A DNA stretch of 64,000 nucleotides from Ignavibacteria bacterium (GTDB lineage Bacteria; Bacteroidota; Ignavibacteria; Ignavibacteriales; SURF-24), in the NCBI GenBank assembly GCA_025612245.1, contig JAAXKQ010000015.1, forward strand, positions 69,362 to 133,361. Reading direction: 5' to 3'. The translations under genes were made by a program, and so were the position numbers. Below, piece by piece: positions 21,156 through 31,398 of this stretch (positions within the stretch are counted from its first letter, which is position 1; the number at the start of each line of letters is the position of its first letter). The notes beneath the pieces are model-generated. The model was not told the origin of the DNA and searched no databases. It saw only the letters and a list, made by a program, of their open reading frames with translations.

Positions 21156-23831
21156 TTACTGGTGCAGGGGATTCTTCTTATCGGGATTGATCCCCAGCTC
21201 CTTTATTGCCTTTGCGACCACACCAGGCTTAATTTTCTTTTCGTTCGACAGAGCCATTAGGGTTGCCAGCACTATATATCTTGCATCCACTTCAAAGAAG
21301 TTGCGCAGCCCTTCCCTGTCCTCGCTTCTTCCAAAGCCGAAGGTGCCGAGTGTGTTCAAAGGCCGCGGCAGATATTTCGAGATTGAGTCGCCAAGTATCT
21401 GGACGTAATCCGAGGCCGCAATAAAAACACCTTCTTCTTTCTGCAGCATTTCGGTAACATAAGGCACTTTCTTCGGCTGATCCGGGTGCAGCAGGTTCCA
21501 CCTTGTTGCATCCATGGCGTCTATGTGCAGAAGCTTATAACTCGTAACACTCCATGCGTCGGCCGATACGTTGTATTTGTCCTCCAGTATTTCCCGGGCT
21601 TTCAGAACCTCATTCATTATTGCGCCGCTTCCGAAAAGGTGTGCCCTGGCTTTTGAATCTTTCTTGTCCGAAGCCTTGAAGCGGTACATGCCTTTAAGTA
21701 TGCCTTCCTTAACCCCTTCCGGCATTGGCGGCTGTGCGTAATTCTCGTTCATTACGGTTATATAATAGTATAGACTTTCGCCTTCTTCATACATTCTTCT
21801 TATTCCATCGCGTATAATAACCGCAATCTCATAGGCAAATGCCGGATCATAAGACATGCAGTTCGGTATCGTGTAGGAAAGCAGGTGGCTGTTGCCGTCC
21901 TGGTGCTGCAGGCCTTCACCGGCAAGCGTCGTACGCCCTGCGGTTCCTCCTATCATAAAGCCCTTGCACCTCATGTCCCCTGCCGCCCAGGTAAGGTCGC
22001 CTACTCTCTGGAAACCGAACATTGAATAATAAACAAAGAAGGGAATCATGTTTATTCCGTGCGTTGCATAGGCGGTAGCAGCGGTGATAAAGGAGGCCAT
22101 AGAGCCTGCCTCTGTTATTCCTTCCTCAAGGATCTGCCCGTCGACGGCTTCCTTATAATAAAGAAGGCTTGCCTTGTCAACCGGCTCATAAAGCTGTCCT
22201 GCATGTGAATAAATGCCTATCTGCCTGAAAAGCGCCTCCATGCCGAAGGTACGCGCTTCATCGGGAACAATAGGAACTATAAATTTGCCGAGGTCCTTAT
22301 CTTTTAATAGCTTGGCCAGTATCCTCACGAATACCATCGTAGTTGACGCCTCACGCCCTTCGGTGCCCGCATAGAATTCCTCGAAAAGCTCTTCCGGGGG
22401 AGTCTTAAGCGGTTTTGCCCTTACAACCCTCTTGGGCAGAAAGCCTCCCAGCTCCTTACGCCTTTCCTGTATGTACTTCATTTCAGGGCTGTCCTCGGGC
22501 GGCCTGTAGAACGGAGCCTCGGCTACCTGGTCATCCGATATCGGTATTCCAAAACGGGTGCGGAATATCCTGAGCTCATCCTCGTTTAATTTTTTCTGCT
22601 GATGCGTAATATTTTTTCCCTCTCCGGCCTCGCCAAGCCCGTAGCCCTTAATTGTTCTGGCAAGTATTACAGTCGGACAGCCCTTGTTTTCAACTGCGGC
22701 CTTGAAAGCGGCATAAACCTTTTCCGGATCGTGCCCGCCCAGGCGCATCTTTGCCACCTGCTCGTCGGAGAGATTCCTGACCATTTCCTTCAGTTCAGGG
22801 TACTTGCCCCAGAAATGATCGCGTATATAGTCGCCGCCTTCAACAGAGTACTTTTGGCTTTCGCCGTCAATCATTTCATTCATGCGCTTGATCAATAGCC
22901 CGCTTCTGTCCTTTTCCAGGAACGGATCCCAGTCGTCGCCCCATATTACTTTGATCACGTTCCAGCCCACACCCCTGAAGCTTGCTTCAAGTTCCTGCAC
23001 AATGTTGCCGTTACCCCTTACCGGGCCATCGAGCCTCTGAAGGTTGCAGTTGATGACGAAAATCAGGTTATCCAGCTTCTCCCTCGCCGCAAGCGATATG
23101 GCTCCGAGCGTCTCGGGCTCATCGGTCTCGCCGTCGCCCAGGAAAGCCCATACCTTTGTGCCGTTCATCTTCTTGAGCCCGCGGTCTTCCAGGTACCGGT
23201 TAAACCTCGCCTGGTAGATTGCCATTATGGGCCCAAGGCCCATGGACACGGTCGGGAACTCCCAGAAGTCGGGCATCAGCCAGGGATGAGGATACGAGGA
23301 AAGTCCTCCTCCCGGCCTCGTCTCGCGCCTGAAATTTTTCATTTTTTCTTCGGAAATTCTTCCTTCCAGAAACGCCCTGGCATAGATGCCTGGAGAGGCG
23401 TGCCCCTGGAAGAAAACCTGGTCGCCGTCTGTGTCACCGTCTTTACCCTTGAAGAAATGGTTAAAACCTATCTCGTAAAGCGTTGCGGCCGAAGCGTAGG
23501 TCGATATGTGTCCCCCTATGCCGCTGGATTCCCTGTTCGCCTTTACAACCATGGCCATGGCATTCCAGCGTATGAGACTTTTAATTCTTCTTTCAATTTC
23601 CCTGCTCCCCGGGAAAGGCGGCTGCTTGTCGTGAGGTATGGTGTTTATGTAAGGAGTGTTAGCCGTAAAAGGTATTTTTACATCGTGTTTTCTTGCGTAC
23701 AGCTGAAGGTCTGTCAGCAGTTCACGGACCCTCTCAGGCCCGCTATGATATAATACATAGTCCAAGGATTCCAGCCATTCCCTGGTTTCAATGGCGGCCA
23801 GATCCTTTTGCTGAGTATTGTTTCCGTCCAT
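21156..23831 (-). CDS. aceE: pyruvate dehydrogenase E1 component, homodimeric type
   Basis: 891 aa, ThDP-binding GDG...N motif (FLGDGETDEPE), AceE-like length and layout. Confidence 0.95.
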   Translation of the reverse strand: MDGNNTQQKDLAAIETREWLESLDYVLYHSGPERVRELLTDLQLYARKHDVKIPFTANTPYINTIPHDKQPPFPGSREIERRIKSLIRWNAMAMVVKANRESSGIGGHISTYASAATLYEIGFNHFFKGKDGDTDGDQVFFQGHASPGIYARAFLEGRISEEKMKNFRRETRPGGGLSSYPHPWLMPDFWEFPTVSMGLGPIMAIYQARFNRYLEDRGLKKMNGTKVWAFLGDGETDEPETLGAISLAAREKLDNLIFVINCNLQRLDGPVRGNGNIVQELEASFRGVGWNVIKVIWGDDWDPFLEKDRSGLLIKRMNEMIDGESQKYSVEGGDYIRDHFWGKYPELKEMVRNLSDEQVAKMRLGGHDPEKVYAAFKAAVENKGCPTVILARTIKGYGLGEAGEGKNITHQQKKLNEDELRIFRTRFGIPISDDQVAEAPFYRPPEDSPEMKYIQERRKELGGFLPKRVVRAKPLKTPPEELFEEFYAGTEGREASTTMVFVRILAKLLKDKDLGKFIVPIVPDEARTFGMEALFRQIGIYSHAGQLYEPVDKASLLYYKEAVDGQILEEGITEAGSMASFITAATAYATHGINMIPFFVYYSMFGFQRVGDLTWAAGDMRCKGFMIGGTAGRTTLAGEGLQHQDGNSHLLSYTIPNCMSYDPAFAYEIAVIIRDGIRRMYEEGESLYYYITVMNENYAQPPMPEGVKEGILKGMYRFKASDKKDSKARAHLFGSGAIMNEVLKAREILEDKYNVSADAWSVTSYKLLHIDAMDATRWNLLHPDQPKKVPYVTEMLQKEEGVFIAASDYVQILGDSISKYLPRPLNTLGTFGFGRSEDREGLRNFFEVDARYIVLATLMALSNEKKIKPGVVAKAIKELGINPDKKNPLHQ

Positions 23832-23994
23832 TACTCATAATCCTTTAGTCGTTTGTTAAATGAAGTATATTTTATAACACAGATAAAGGATTTACTCTTG
23901 CCCTCTTTATCTGATATTTTCTTATTATAAGGTATTTAACTTGTAAATGCAAAAAACAAAGCCAAAAAACCTGATATTAAGCCGATATCAGCCG

Positions 23995-26900
23995 CTATTT
24001 CTTCAACTGCAGACGGTCGAAATAAGTCTCGGACGGATTAACTATCTTCTCAACTTTTCTGCAGAAGCTTATAAGGAATTCAAAGACTTTCTCTGGACTC
24101 TCAAACAGGTTCGGGATTAAAAGCCTTAGAACATCCTTCTGCTGGCTGAACTTAATCTCATTCTGGTAGTTATCCATTATAAAGCGCATGAGCTCTGTAA
24201 ACTTTGTCTTATAATATTCCTCATTCTCACCCTTGGGCAGAATCAAAATAATGTTTTTCTGCTGTATGATTATTCTTTCAAATAGTGCATACGACGCATA
24301 GTACTTGAGAACGGACATCGCAATGAGCCTCTTTACAAGCACGGGCAGCTTGCCGAATCGGTCCTCAATCTCCTCCTTAATTTCCTCAATCTCCTCAAGT
24401 TTTTTTATGGAGAAGAGTGCCGTATAGAAGCTTAACCTGTCTGCCTGGTCGGGCATGTATGCTCTTGGAATTCCCACTTCAAAATACGTGTCGATCGTCG
24501 TATCTGTTTTCATCCTCTGCTTCGGCAGATCCTTAAAGACTTCCTGGAATTCCTGGCGCTTTAATTCCTCTACCGCCTCGTCGAGCAGCTTGACGTACAT
24601 ATCGAAACCGACCGTGTCGATAAAGCCCGTCTGCTCGGTTCCAAGCAGGTTACCCGCCCCGCGTATCTCAAGGTCGCGCATGGAAAGATTAAAGCCCGCA
24701 CCAACATCCGTAAACTCTTCAATTGCCTGAAGGCGCCTAATGGCGTTTTTATTGATGGACTTCATCGACGGCACGAGGAAATAAGCATATGCCTGGCGGT
24801 CCGAACGCCCCACCCTCCCGCGCAGCTGGTGAAGTTCTGCAAGGCCAAAACGGTCGGCACGGTTTATAATTATTGTATTAACATTCGGAATGTCTATGCC
24901 CGATTCAATAATTTTTGTAGCCAGAAGGACGTCGTATTTTTTATTCAGGAAGTCGTAAATGACATTTTCAAGCTGCAGGGGCTTCATCTGCCCGTGCGCA
25001 ATTGCAATCCTGATTTCAGGAATATACTTCCTCAGATAGTCCGCAATCTTTTCAATCGACTGTACCCTGTCGTGCACAAAGTAAACCTGCCCGTTTCTCT
25101 TCAGCTCATTTAACACCCACTCCCTGATCTTCATGATGTCGAAGGTCTGTACGTGTGTGTAAATCGGCTGACGGTTTGGCGGCGGCGTTGTAATAATTGA
25201 AAGATCCCTTGCCCCGAGCAATGAAAAGTTAAGCGTCCTTGGAATAGGCGTTGCTGTAAGCGTAAGCGTATCCACGTTAAGCTTGAAGTTCTTCAGCCTT
25301 TCCTTTGCCATAACTCCAAAGCGGTGTTCCTCATCTATAATTAGAAGCCCCAGATCGCGGAATTTTACGTCCTGCGACAAAAGCCTGTGCGTCCCGATAA
25401 TAATGTCAACCTTTCCGGCCTCAACGTTCTTAAGAATCTCTTTCTGCTTCTGTTTTGTCTGAAACCTCGAAAGCCCTTCAACCTTAACCGGGAACTGCGA
25501 AAGCCTGTCCTTGAAAGTATTCATGTGCTGCTCGGCCAGGATTGTCGTAGGCACAAGTAGCGCCGTCTGCTTGCCGTCATTTGCTGCCTTGAAGGCGGCT
25601 CTTATTGCAATTTCGGTTTTTCCAAAGCCCACGTCGCCGCATACCAGGCGGTCCATCGGGCTTTCAGATTCCATGTCGCCCTTTACCTCTTCGGTAACTC
25701 TGGCCTGGTCGGGCGTATCCTCGTAGAAAAATGAAGCTTCAAGCTCCCTTTGCCATATAGTATCGGAATTAAATGAATGCCCCCTGGAAGCTTTCCTTTT
25801 TGCATAAAGTATAATGAGCTCCCTTGCAGCTTCCTTAATCCTTTTCTTGACCTTCTTCTTTGCCGATTCCCATTCGCCGCTTCCAAGCGCGGAGAGTTTG
25901 GGCTCTTCGTTATCTTTCGAAGAAAACTTCTTTACAAGGTGAAAGTAGTTAAGATTAACATAAACCTTTCCCCCTTCGGCGTAAAGTATCTTAATGCTCT
26001 CCTGGCTCACGTCGCCTATCTTAATTACCTCGAGGCCGTCATACTTTCCAATGCCGTAGGTTTCGTGCACCACATAGTCGCCCCTCTTAATTGCGGCAAA
26101 TTCCTTTGCGCGCGATTTTCTCACCTTCTGCTTAGAGGATATTTTCGTCCTGTAAGGCTTATTAAATATCTGGTAATCGGTAAGTATCAGGATTTTTGTA
26201 TTCCTGAGAATAAAGCCCCTTCTTATTGCAAGCGTCTCAATTTTAACCTTACCCGACTCAATCAGTCCGGCAAGTTCCTGCCTGAAGTCGCTCAGCAGGT
26301 CAACAAGTCTTTTATGCTGGAATTCATTTTCCGAGGTGATAACAATCTTATAATCCCGGTTCGAGTAATCCTGTATGGTATTGTAAAGGAGCTCAAAGTT
26401 GGCGTTTACTGCCGGGGCCTCCGTAATGTCCAGCCGTATTTTGCCGGGTGCATCGTCAAACGGATCCTCAATTATCCAGCGCGCCTTTTTCCTGAACAGC
26501 TCCTCACCCGTAAGGTCCGATTCAAGCGTAATGGTGGTTTTCTTTTCTGCCTCGGCTCCGGCATATTCTCCGCTCTCCTCAAGCAAGAGTTCCTTTGCCA
26601 GTTCCTCGTCGTCAATTGCAACGGGCTTTTCATCCACTTCCTGCTTTGCCTTCAGGTCGAATATCTTGTTCAGTTCGAAACCGGAAGCAACCACGAGCGG
26701 ATTATCCAGGAAGTCGAATATGTCGGATGACAACCCGGTATTATCTTCAGCCAGGTTGCCCGCAACCGTAACACTGTCTACAAGATCCGACGACCTCTGG
26801 CTCTCAGGTTCAAAGTGCCTGATAGATTCCAGGAAATCCCCGTCAAATTCAAGCCGTGCCGGGTTGCCTTCGCTGTACGACCAGAAGTCTATTATGGAAC

Positions 26901-27396
26901 CCCTTACGGAATAATCCCCCGCATTTTCTACAAACTTGACCTTTGTATAATTAAGAAGATTAAGATACTCGATCAGTTCATCGTAGCTGATTTCACCGCC
27001 GGGACGGACCGTAGTGGTATTTTTTGAGAACTGATTCTTCGCCGGGAGTTTCACCCTGAGAAGCTCGTAAGTGGAAAGAAGAATAAAATTGCCGCGGTTC
27101 TGAAGCTGCGTCAGCTTTTCCTGTAGGCTTTCAAAATTGATCTCGTCAATAACAACCGTAGAATCGCCAAGACCCAGAATGCTGAGTTCAACCTTAATTT
27201 CATTTACGGTTTGTATATCGGGCAGAAGAAGGAAAATCTGCCGGAATTCAGGCTCAATAAGTTTTACAAATAAAGTCCGTGCCGATCCGGATAACGGAGA
27301 AGAATAAACGGGTACAGTGCTTTTTTCAAGGGCCGCTTTTTTCAGCTGTTTTATAGATTCAGAACGGTTAAATAGTTCAATTAGAGACACACTCAT
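23995..27396 (-). CDS. mfd: transcription-repair coupling factor
   Basis: 1133 aa. UvrB-like N-terminus, RNAP-interacting domain, SF2 helicase motifs (GDVGFGKTE, DEEHRFG), TRG motif region. Confidence 0.95.
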   Translation of the reverse strand: MSVSLIELFNRSESIKQLKKAALEKSTVPVYSSPLSGSARTLFVKLIEPEFRQIFLLLPDIQTVNEIKVELSILGLGDSTVVIDEINFESLQEKLTQLQNRGNFILLSTYELLRVKLPAKNQFSKNTTTVRPGGEISYDELIEYLNLLNYTKVKFVENAGDYSVRGSIIDFWSYSEGNPARLEFDGDFLESIRHFEPESQRSSDLVDSVTVAGNLAEDNTGLSSDIFDFLDNPLVVASGFELNKIFDLKAKQEVDEKPVAIDDEELAKELLLEESGEYAGAEAEKKTTITLESDLTGEELFRKKARWIIEDPFDDAPGKIRLDITEAPAVNANFELLYNTIQDYSNRDYKIVITSENEFQHKRLVDLLSDFRQELAGLIESGKVKIETLAIRRGFILRNTKILILTDYQIFNKPYRTKISSKQKVRKSRAKEFAAIKRGDYVVHETYGIGKYDGLEVIKIGDVSQESIKILYAEGGKVYVNLNYFHLVKKFSSKDNEEPKLSALGSGEWESAKKKVKKRIKEAARELIILYAKRKASRGHSFNSDTIWQRELEASFFYEDTPDQARVTEEVKGDMESESPMDRLVCGDVGFGKTEIAIRAAFKAANDGKQTALLVPTTILAEQHMNTFKDRLSQFPVKVEGLSRFQTKQKQKEILKNVEAGKVDIIIGTHRLLSQDVKFRDLGLLIIDEEHRFGVMAKERLKNFKLNVDTLTLTATPIPRTLNFSLLGARDLSIITTPPPNRQPIYTHVQTFDIMKIREWVLNELKRNGQVYFVHDRVQSIEKIADYLRKYIPEIRIAIAHGQMKPLQLENVIYDFLNKKYDVLLATKIIESGIDIPNVNTIIINRADRFGLAELHQLRGRVGRSDRQAYAYFLVPSMKSINKNAIRRLQAIEEFTDVGAGFNLSMRDLEIRGAGNLLGTEQTGFIDTVGFDMYVKLLDEAVEELKRQEFQEVFKDLPKQRMKTDTTIDTYFEVGIPRAYMPDQADRLSFYTALFSIKKLEEIEEIKEEIEDRFGKLPVLVKRLIAMSVLKYYASYALFERIIIQQKNIILILPKGENEEYYKTKFTELMRFIMDNYQNEIKFSQQKDVLRLLIPNLFESPEKVFEFLISFCRKVEKIVNPSETYFDRLQLKK

Positions 27397-27836
27397 ACGC
27401 TTGAGGTATTATGGTTAAAATTACCTTGTAAAAATAACGAAAAAAACTTTCCCCTCTCAACTTCTTTATTTAATAAATGAAAATCGAGGGAAAAATCAAT
27501 ATAATTACCTCAGGCCCCCGAAAGGGTTTATTGCACTTAAACCGAAACCCGCGGGACATAATTGCCCCACCCGAACCTTTAGCATGCCTTTGCCCCGGTT
27601 GCAGGGCGCGCGCGCCTTTAGAAACTGCGTTTTTGGCTCAGACTGAAGCAGCACAATTAGAGCCTCGCCTAATATTAAGAAGAAGGGACTATGTTATATT
27701 TCAATTTTCTGTTATTTTCGATATTTAAATTTTAAGGCTCCTGTAATCTTTACCCGTCCTTTGCACGGGGCTATACGTACAGGTCCCAGCCGCCAATATT
27801 ACTCATTTTAAGCTACAATTTCAGAAGGAAATAGTA

Positions 27837-28586
27837 ATGAAGGTAAAACCAATATCCATTTTAAAGTCTATTTGGTTTTTTGTGATTAGTTCGGCAATTA
27901 TCTATTCGGGTCTTTATTATGGAATACCGTTTTTACAATCAAATGGAATTCCTGTCTTTTTCGCTTATTTGATTGTGTTTCATATCCCCCTGTTTTTGCT
28001 AATAATTACTGCCCTCATCTTCTACCGGATTGAAGGCCATCCGATGAATTTGCAGGCATTCAAAGAACGGATCTGGCTGAGTAAAATGGATAAAAAGGAC
28101 TGGCTCTGGACTGCGGGGTTATTTACGCTCGGAATTTCGGCCTATCTGCTTTTAGCCCCCGCCGGAAAGTCATTGGCGCAAATTGGCTTTCTTGCTCCGC
28201 CCGATTTCTTCCCGGCTGAAATTAATCCGACTAAAATTCCCCGCGATGGATATATCATGGATTATAAACTATCTGGACAGTATTGGATCGCAATTATTTA
28301 TTTTATTGCAGTTGTTACAAATGTACTGGGAGAGGAGTTTTTATTCAGGGGCATGATTCTCAGGAGGCAAATTGTAAAATATGGCAACCGTGCATGGCTG
28401 TACCATGGTGTAATTTGGACCTTATGGCATTTTTTCTGGAAATGGAATTTAATCTCCATTCTGCCCTTCGGGTTAGCTCTTTCATACACAGTATACAAAA
28501 AACAAAATGTTCTAACCGGCATCATTGTCCATGGCTTGATGAACATGCTGCCGTTGGTTTTAATTATTATTGAAATTTTGAAATAA
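27837..28586 (+). CDS. CPBP family intramembrane glutamic endopeptidase (CAAX protease-like)
   Basis: EEFLFRG motif 1, later conserved His motifs (TLWHFFW, HGLMN), multi-TM. Confidence 0.8.
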   Translation: MKVKPISILKSIWFFVISSAIIYSGLYYGIPFLQSNGIPVFFAYLIVFHIPLFLLIITALIFYRIEGHPMNLQAFKERIWLSKMDKKDWLWTAGLFTLGISAYLLLAPAGKSLAQIGFLAPPDFFPAEINPTKIPRDGYIMDYKLSGQYWIAIIYFIAVVTNVLGEEFLFRGMILRRQIVKYGNRAWLYHGVIWTLWHFFWKWNLISILPFGLALSYTVYKKQNVLTGIIVHGLMNMLPLVLIIIEILK

Positions 28587-28726
28587 TTTTCCGGGAAATT
28601 CCAAGCAGCCGCAAAAAGGAATCTGGGGCTAAATCCCCAAAGAAAGGAGAGAAATCCCTGTGCCCCGGCCTAAAAGGCCGGGTACCCGGAAGCTCACTCA
28701 TCTAGACAATAATTCAGCCAGTAAAT

Positions 28727-28972
28727 CAAAAAACGTAAAAATCAGAACAACTTATATAATGCAATTACCAAGCCCCTTTTAGGGGGCTCCATGTCTTTAG
28801 CCCCAGGGAACGGATCCCCCACATTCCCCAGGCCCAATAAAATATCTGACCATCTGTAATCACGCACTAACACTAAGCCCGCTGTAGCGGGCGAGATGTC
28901 TATAGCCCGGGGTAACCAAATCACGAAAGGGATGCGGGACCCCCCGGGGACCTATAAGCGGTAGAAATTATC
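28727..28972. repeat. copy A of dispersed mosaic hairpin-module intergenic repeat (REP/BIME-like)
   Basis: About 85% identical by eye to 63594-63840. Modules of the form ...ccaag-[GC hairpin]-cg...tgtctttagccc, e.g. ccccttttaggggg and cccgctgtagcggg. Confidence 0.7.
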
Positions 28973-29245
28973 TGCACTTGCCTAAAAGTACGGATATTTC
29001 TATCCCCTGTTAGCATTCAGCATTAAACATTTTCCCCGCTAAAGGCTTAAAATTTCTCGTCCGCCCCCGTCTTTTTTGCATTTTTTTCCTCTTCACCCCT
29101 AAATCTTAAAAAAAAATGCAATTTTTTTAAAAAGTGTACGAATAATTCCATTAAATTGTTGTAGGAAATAATAAATTTTATTATGATATTTGTAGGTCCG
29201 GAAAATAGTCCGGGGTATTATATGTTTTATTTTTAAGGTTCTATA

Positions 29246-29497
29246 GTGAGTACTAAATTATTTGTAGGTTCATTACCATGGTCGGTTAACGATCAGCAAT
29301 TAGAAGAAACATTTCAGGGTTACGGAAAAGTTCTTTCTGCTAAAGTTATAATGGACCGTGCTACCGGGAGATCGAGAGGATTCGGTTTCGTTGAAATGGA
29401 AGATTCTTCTGAAGCTACCAATGCTATCAATGCTCTGAACAATTCGGAGCTCAAGGGAAGAACTATCGTAGTTAACGAAGCAAAGCCCCGCAGCTAA
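29246..29497 (+). CDS. RRM-domain RNA-binding protein
   Basis: RNP2 KLFVGSL and RNP1 RGFGFVEM. 83 aa. Confidence 0.85.
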   Translation: MSTKLFVGSLPWSVNDQQLEETFQGYGKVLSAKVIMDRATGRSRGFGFVEMEDSSEATNAINALNNSELKGRTIVVNEAKPRS

Positions 29498-29521
29498 CCA
29501 GATATTTTATGTCGGTTACAA

Positions 29522-29550
29522 AAAAGCGCTCTCAAAAAGCGCTTTTTTCT
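29522..29550 (+). terminator. rho-independent terminator
   Basis: aaaaagcgctctcaaaaagcgcttttttc. Confidence 0.65.
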
Positions 29551-29569
29551 TTTATACCATTCCTCTGCC

Positions 29570-30838
29570 TTAAAGCGGCTTGCTTTTATTCCGCCCGGAA
29601 GCATACGTTTCTACCTCCTTAAAAACCCGGAAAAAGTTTCCGCCCCAGATTTTCGCAACGTCTGCGTGAGAATAGCCTCTTTTCAATAGCTCAACTGTAA
29701 TGTTTTTCATCTCGCTTACATCATAACAGTCCTCAAGTTCGCCCCCGCCGTCAAAATCGGTACCTATACCCGCGTGATCAATTCCACACACCGAAACAAT
29801 GTGGTCTATGTGATCAACCGCATCTGAAACAGTTGCCAGCTTCCTCGGATATTTCTTATCCAGCTCTGCCCTTTCTTTTCTCATTGCGGCTTTTTCATCT
29901 TCAGTCATAGCCCCGTAATTGGCGTATTTCTGACGGAAAATTGACATAACAGAGTCGCGCAGTTTATTCTGAGGCTCTTCCTTGATGTAATCTGTAAGAA
30001 TGCATATCTGTACCACTCCATCGTTTTTGGCAATTGCCCTGAGCATTTCGTCATCCATATCGCGCGGAGAGTTGCACAATGCCCTGGCCGATGAGTGCGA
30101 AGCAATTACCGGCGTCTTGGTATATTTGAGTACGTCATAGAAAGCCTCGTCGGAAATGTGCGATACATCTATGATCATACCGAGATTATTCATCTCTTCG
30201 ACCGCCTTTTTTCCAAGCTCGCTTAAACCTTTATATTTCACTGTATCGGGATCCGTGGAAGAATCGCATATGTCGTTATTCTTTGTGTGGCAGAGCGTCA
30301 TGTATCTTACACCCATGTCGTAATACTTTCGGATCAGCGACAGATCGTTTCCAATTGCATACCCGTTTTCTATCCCAAGATAAATTGCAAGCCTGCCCTG
30401 CAGCTTTAATTTGGCAGCATCGGAAGACGAGGTTGCAAGCGCCGCAACGTCCTTATTCCTTTCAAGCACTGCGTGCACGGTATCTATAATATCTTTGGCC
30501 CTTTTCTTGGCGCTTTCATTTCCTTCCGGCGTTCTGGGCCCCTGCGCTACAAAAGCGGCAAAGAAAACCGCATCCAGCCCGCCTGCCTTCATTCGGGGGA
30601 AATCTATTTTGCTGTGATCCACTCTCGCGTCATGAGGTTTGCTTATGTCAAAACCCTTATCCATCAGGTTAAGCGGCGCATCCGTATGCGTATCGACCGA
30701 AACGATTTCCTTATGTAATTCATCGGCTTCTTTTTTAAGCAGACTGAGGTCTTCCGATGAACTTATATTCCTCTGGCTGCTGCAGCCTGCCATTAAAAGG
30801 CATGAAACAATCATACCTAAAGTTGAGTTGATTTTCAT
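29570..30838 (-). CDS. membrane dipeptidase (peptidase M19 family), lipoprotein
   Basis: Lipobox LMAGCSS. M19 zinc ligands (HTDAP, E, H..H) and renal-dipeptidase-like motifs. Confidence 0.85.
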   Translation of the reverse strand: MKINSTLGMIVSCLLMAGCSSQRNISSSEDLSLLKKEADELHKEIVSVDTHTDAPLNLMDKGFDISKPHDARVDHSKIDFPRMKAGGLDAVFFAAFVAQGPRTPEGNESAKKRAKDIIDTVHAVLERNKDVAALATSSSDAAKLKLQGRLAIYLGIENGYAIGNDLSLIRKYYDMGVRYMTLCHTKNNDICDSSTDPDTVKYKGLSELGKKAVEEMNNLGMIIDVSHISDEAFYDVLKYTKTPVIASHSSARALCNSPRDMDDEMLRAIAKNDGVVQICILTDYIKEEPQNKLRDSVMSIFRQKYANYGAMTEDEKAAMRKERAELDKKYPRKLATVSDAVDHIDHIVSVCGIDHAGIGTDFDGGGELEDCYDVSEMKNITVELLKRGYSHADVAKIWGGNFFRVFKEVETYASGRNKSKPL

Positions 30839-30904
30839 TTTCGATATATCTTGTTAACAATAGCCGTAATAATTGAAGCATCCGCCCCCGAACCGGAATT
30901 CTTA

Positions 30905-31204
30905 TCAGGGCAGAACGATTTTCGGGTCTTCAGGGAAAGGACGATATAGCACAAAAATCCTGCCTATTACCTGAACAAGCTGCACGCCTTCCATCATCTC
31001 CTCAAGACGCTTTCCCGCCTCGGCAGCAGATAATGGAGCATATTCCAGCACTTTTACTTTTAAGAGCTCTCTTCTGTTAAACGCATCTTCAACAGCCTGC
31101 ATGGCACTGCCGGTTAAGCCGTCCTTTCCGATATTAACCACCGGTTTAAGCGGATGTGCCTGTGAACGGAGAAATGCACGTTGTTTTGAGTTAAGGCTGT
31201 TCAT
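30905..31204 (-). CDS. yhbY: ribosome assembly RNA-binding protein YhbY (CRM domain)
   Basis: HPLKPVVNIGKDGLT...LLKVKVL...VQVIGRIFVLYRP is collinear with E. coli YhbY. Internal Met chosen as start. Confidence 0.85.
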   Translation of the reverse strand: MNSLNSKQRAFLRSQAHPLKPVVNIGKDGLTGSAMQAVEDAFNRRELLKVKVLEYAPLSAAEAGKRLEEMMEGVQLVQVIGRIFVLYRPFPEDPKIVLP

Positions 31205-31398
31205 CAATAATTCACCATATATGTTTCCTGGGTATACTTTTATTAAATAGCGTTGTTTATAGGTTAAAAACAACACCTAAAGTTAACGAAATTATGCGAA
31301 AGATTAATGAAAATTCCTACTTAACTTTATCTTCAATGCAACCTTTCCGGGCTCTTATCAGTCTAAATAACTGTACAAAACAAAACGGAGGATGGAAA

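Noticed and set aside
24455-27027. Several 70-317 aa ORFs on the + strand inside mfd (e.g. 25777-26730, 26399-26914)
   Set aside because: They are antisense to a long, well-supported mfd reading frame and have low-complexity translations. These are typical shadow ORFs.
28742-28924. Track ORFs 28742-28924(-), 35680-35874(+) and 63593-63931(-), with similar peptides (…RPRCGLS…)
   Set aside because: They lie wholly inside the mosaic repeat copies and are similar only because the DNA repeat is shared in different orientations. They have no RBS or start context and are hairpin-rich, so they were treated as non-coding.
28600-29000. CRISPR array
   Set aside because: The repeated units are not identical direct repeats with unique spacers. 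The hairpins differ and units occur in both orientations. No cas genes are present.
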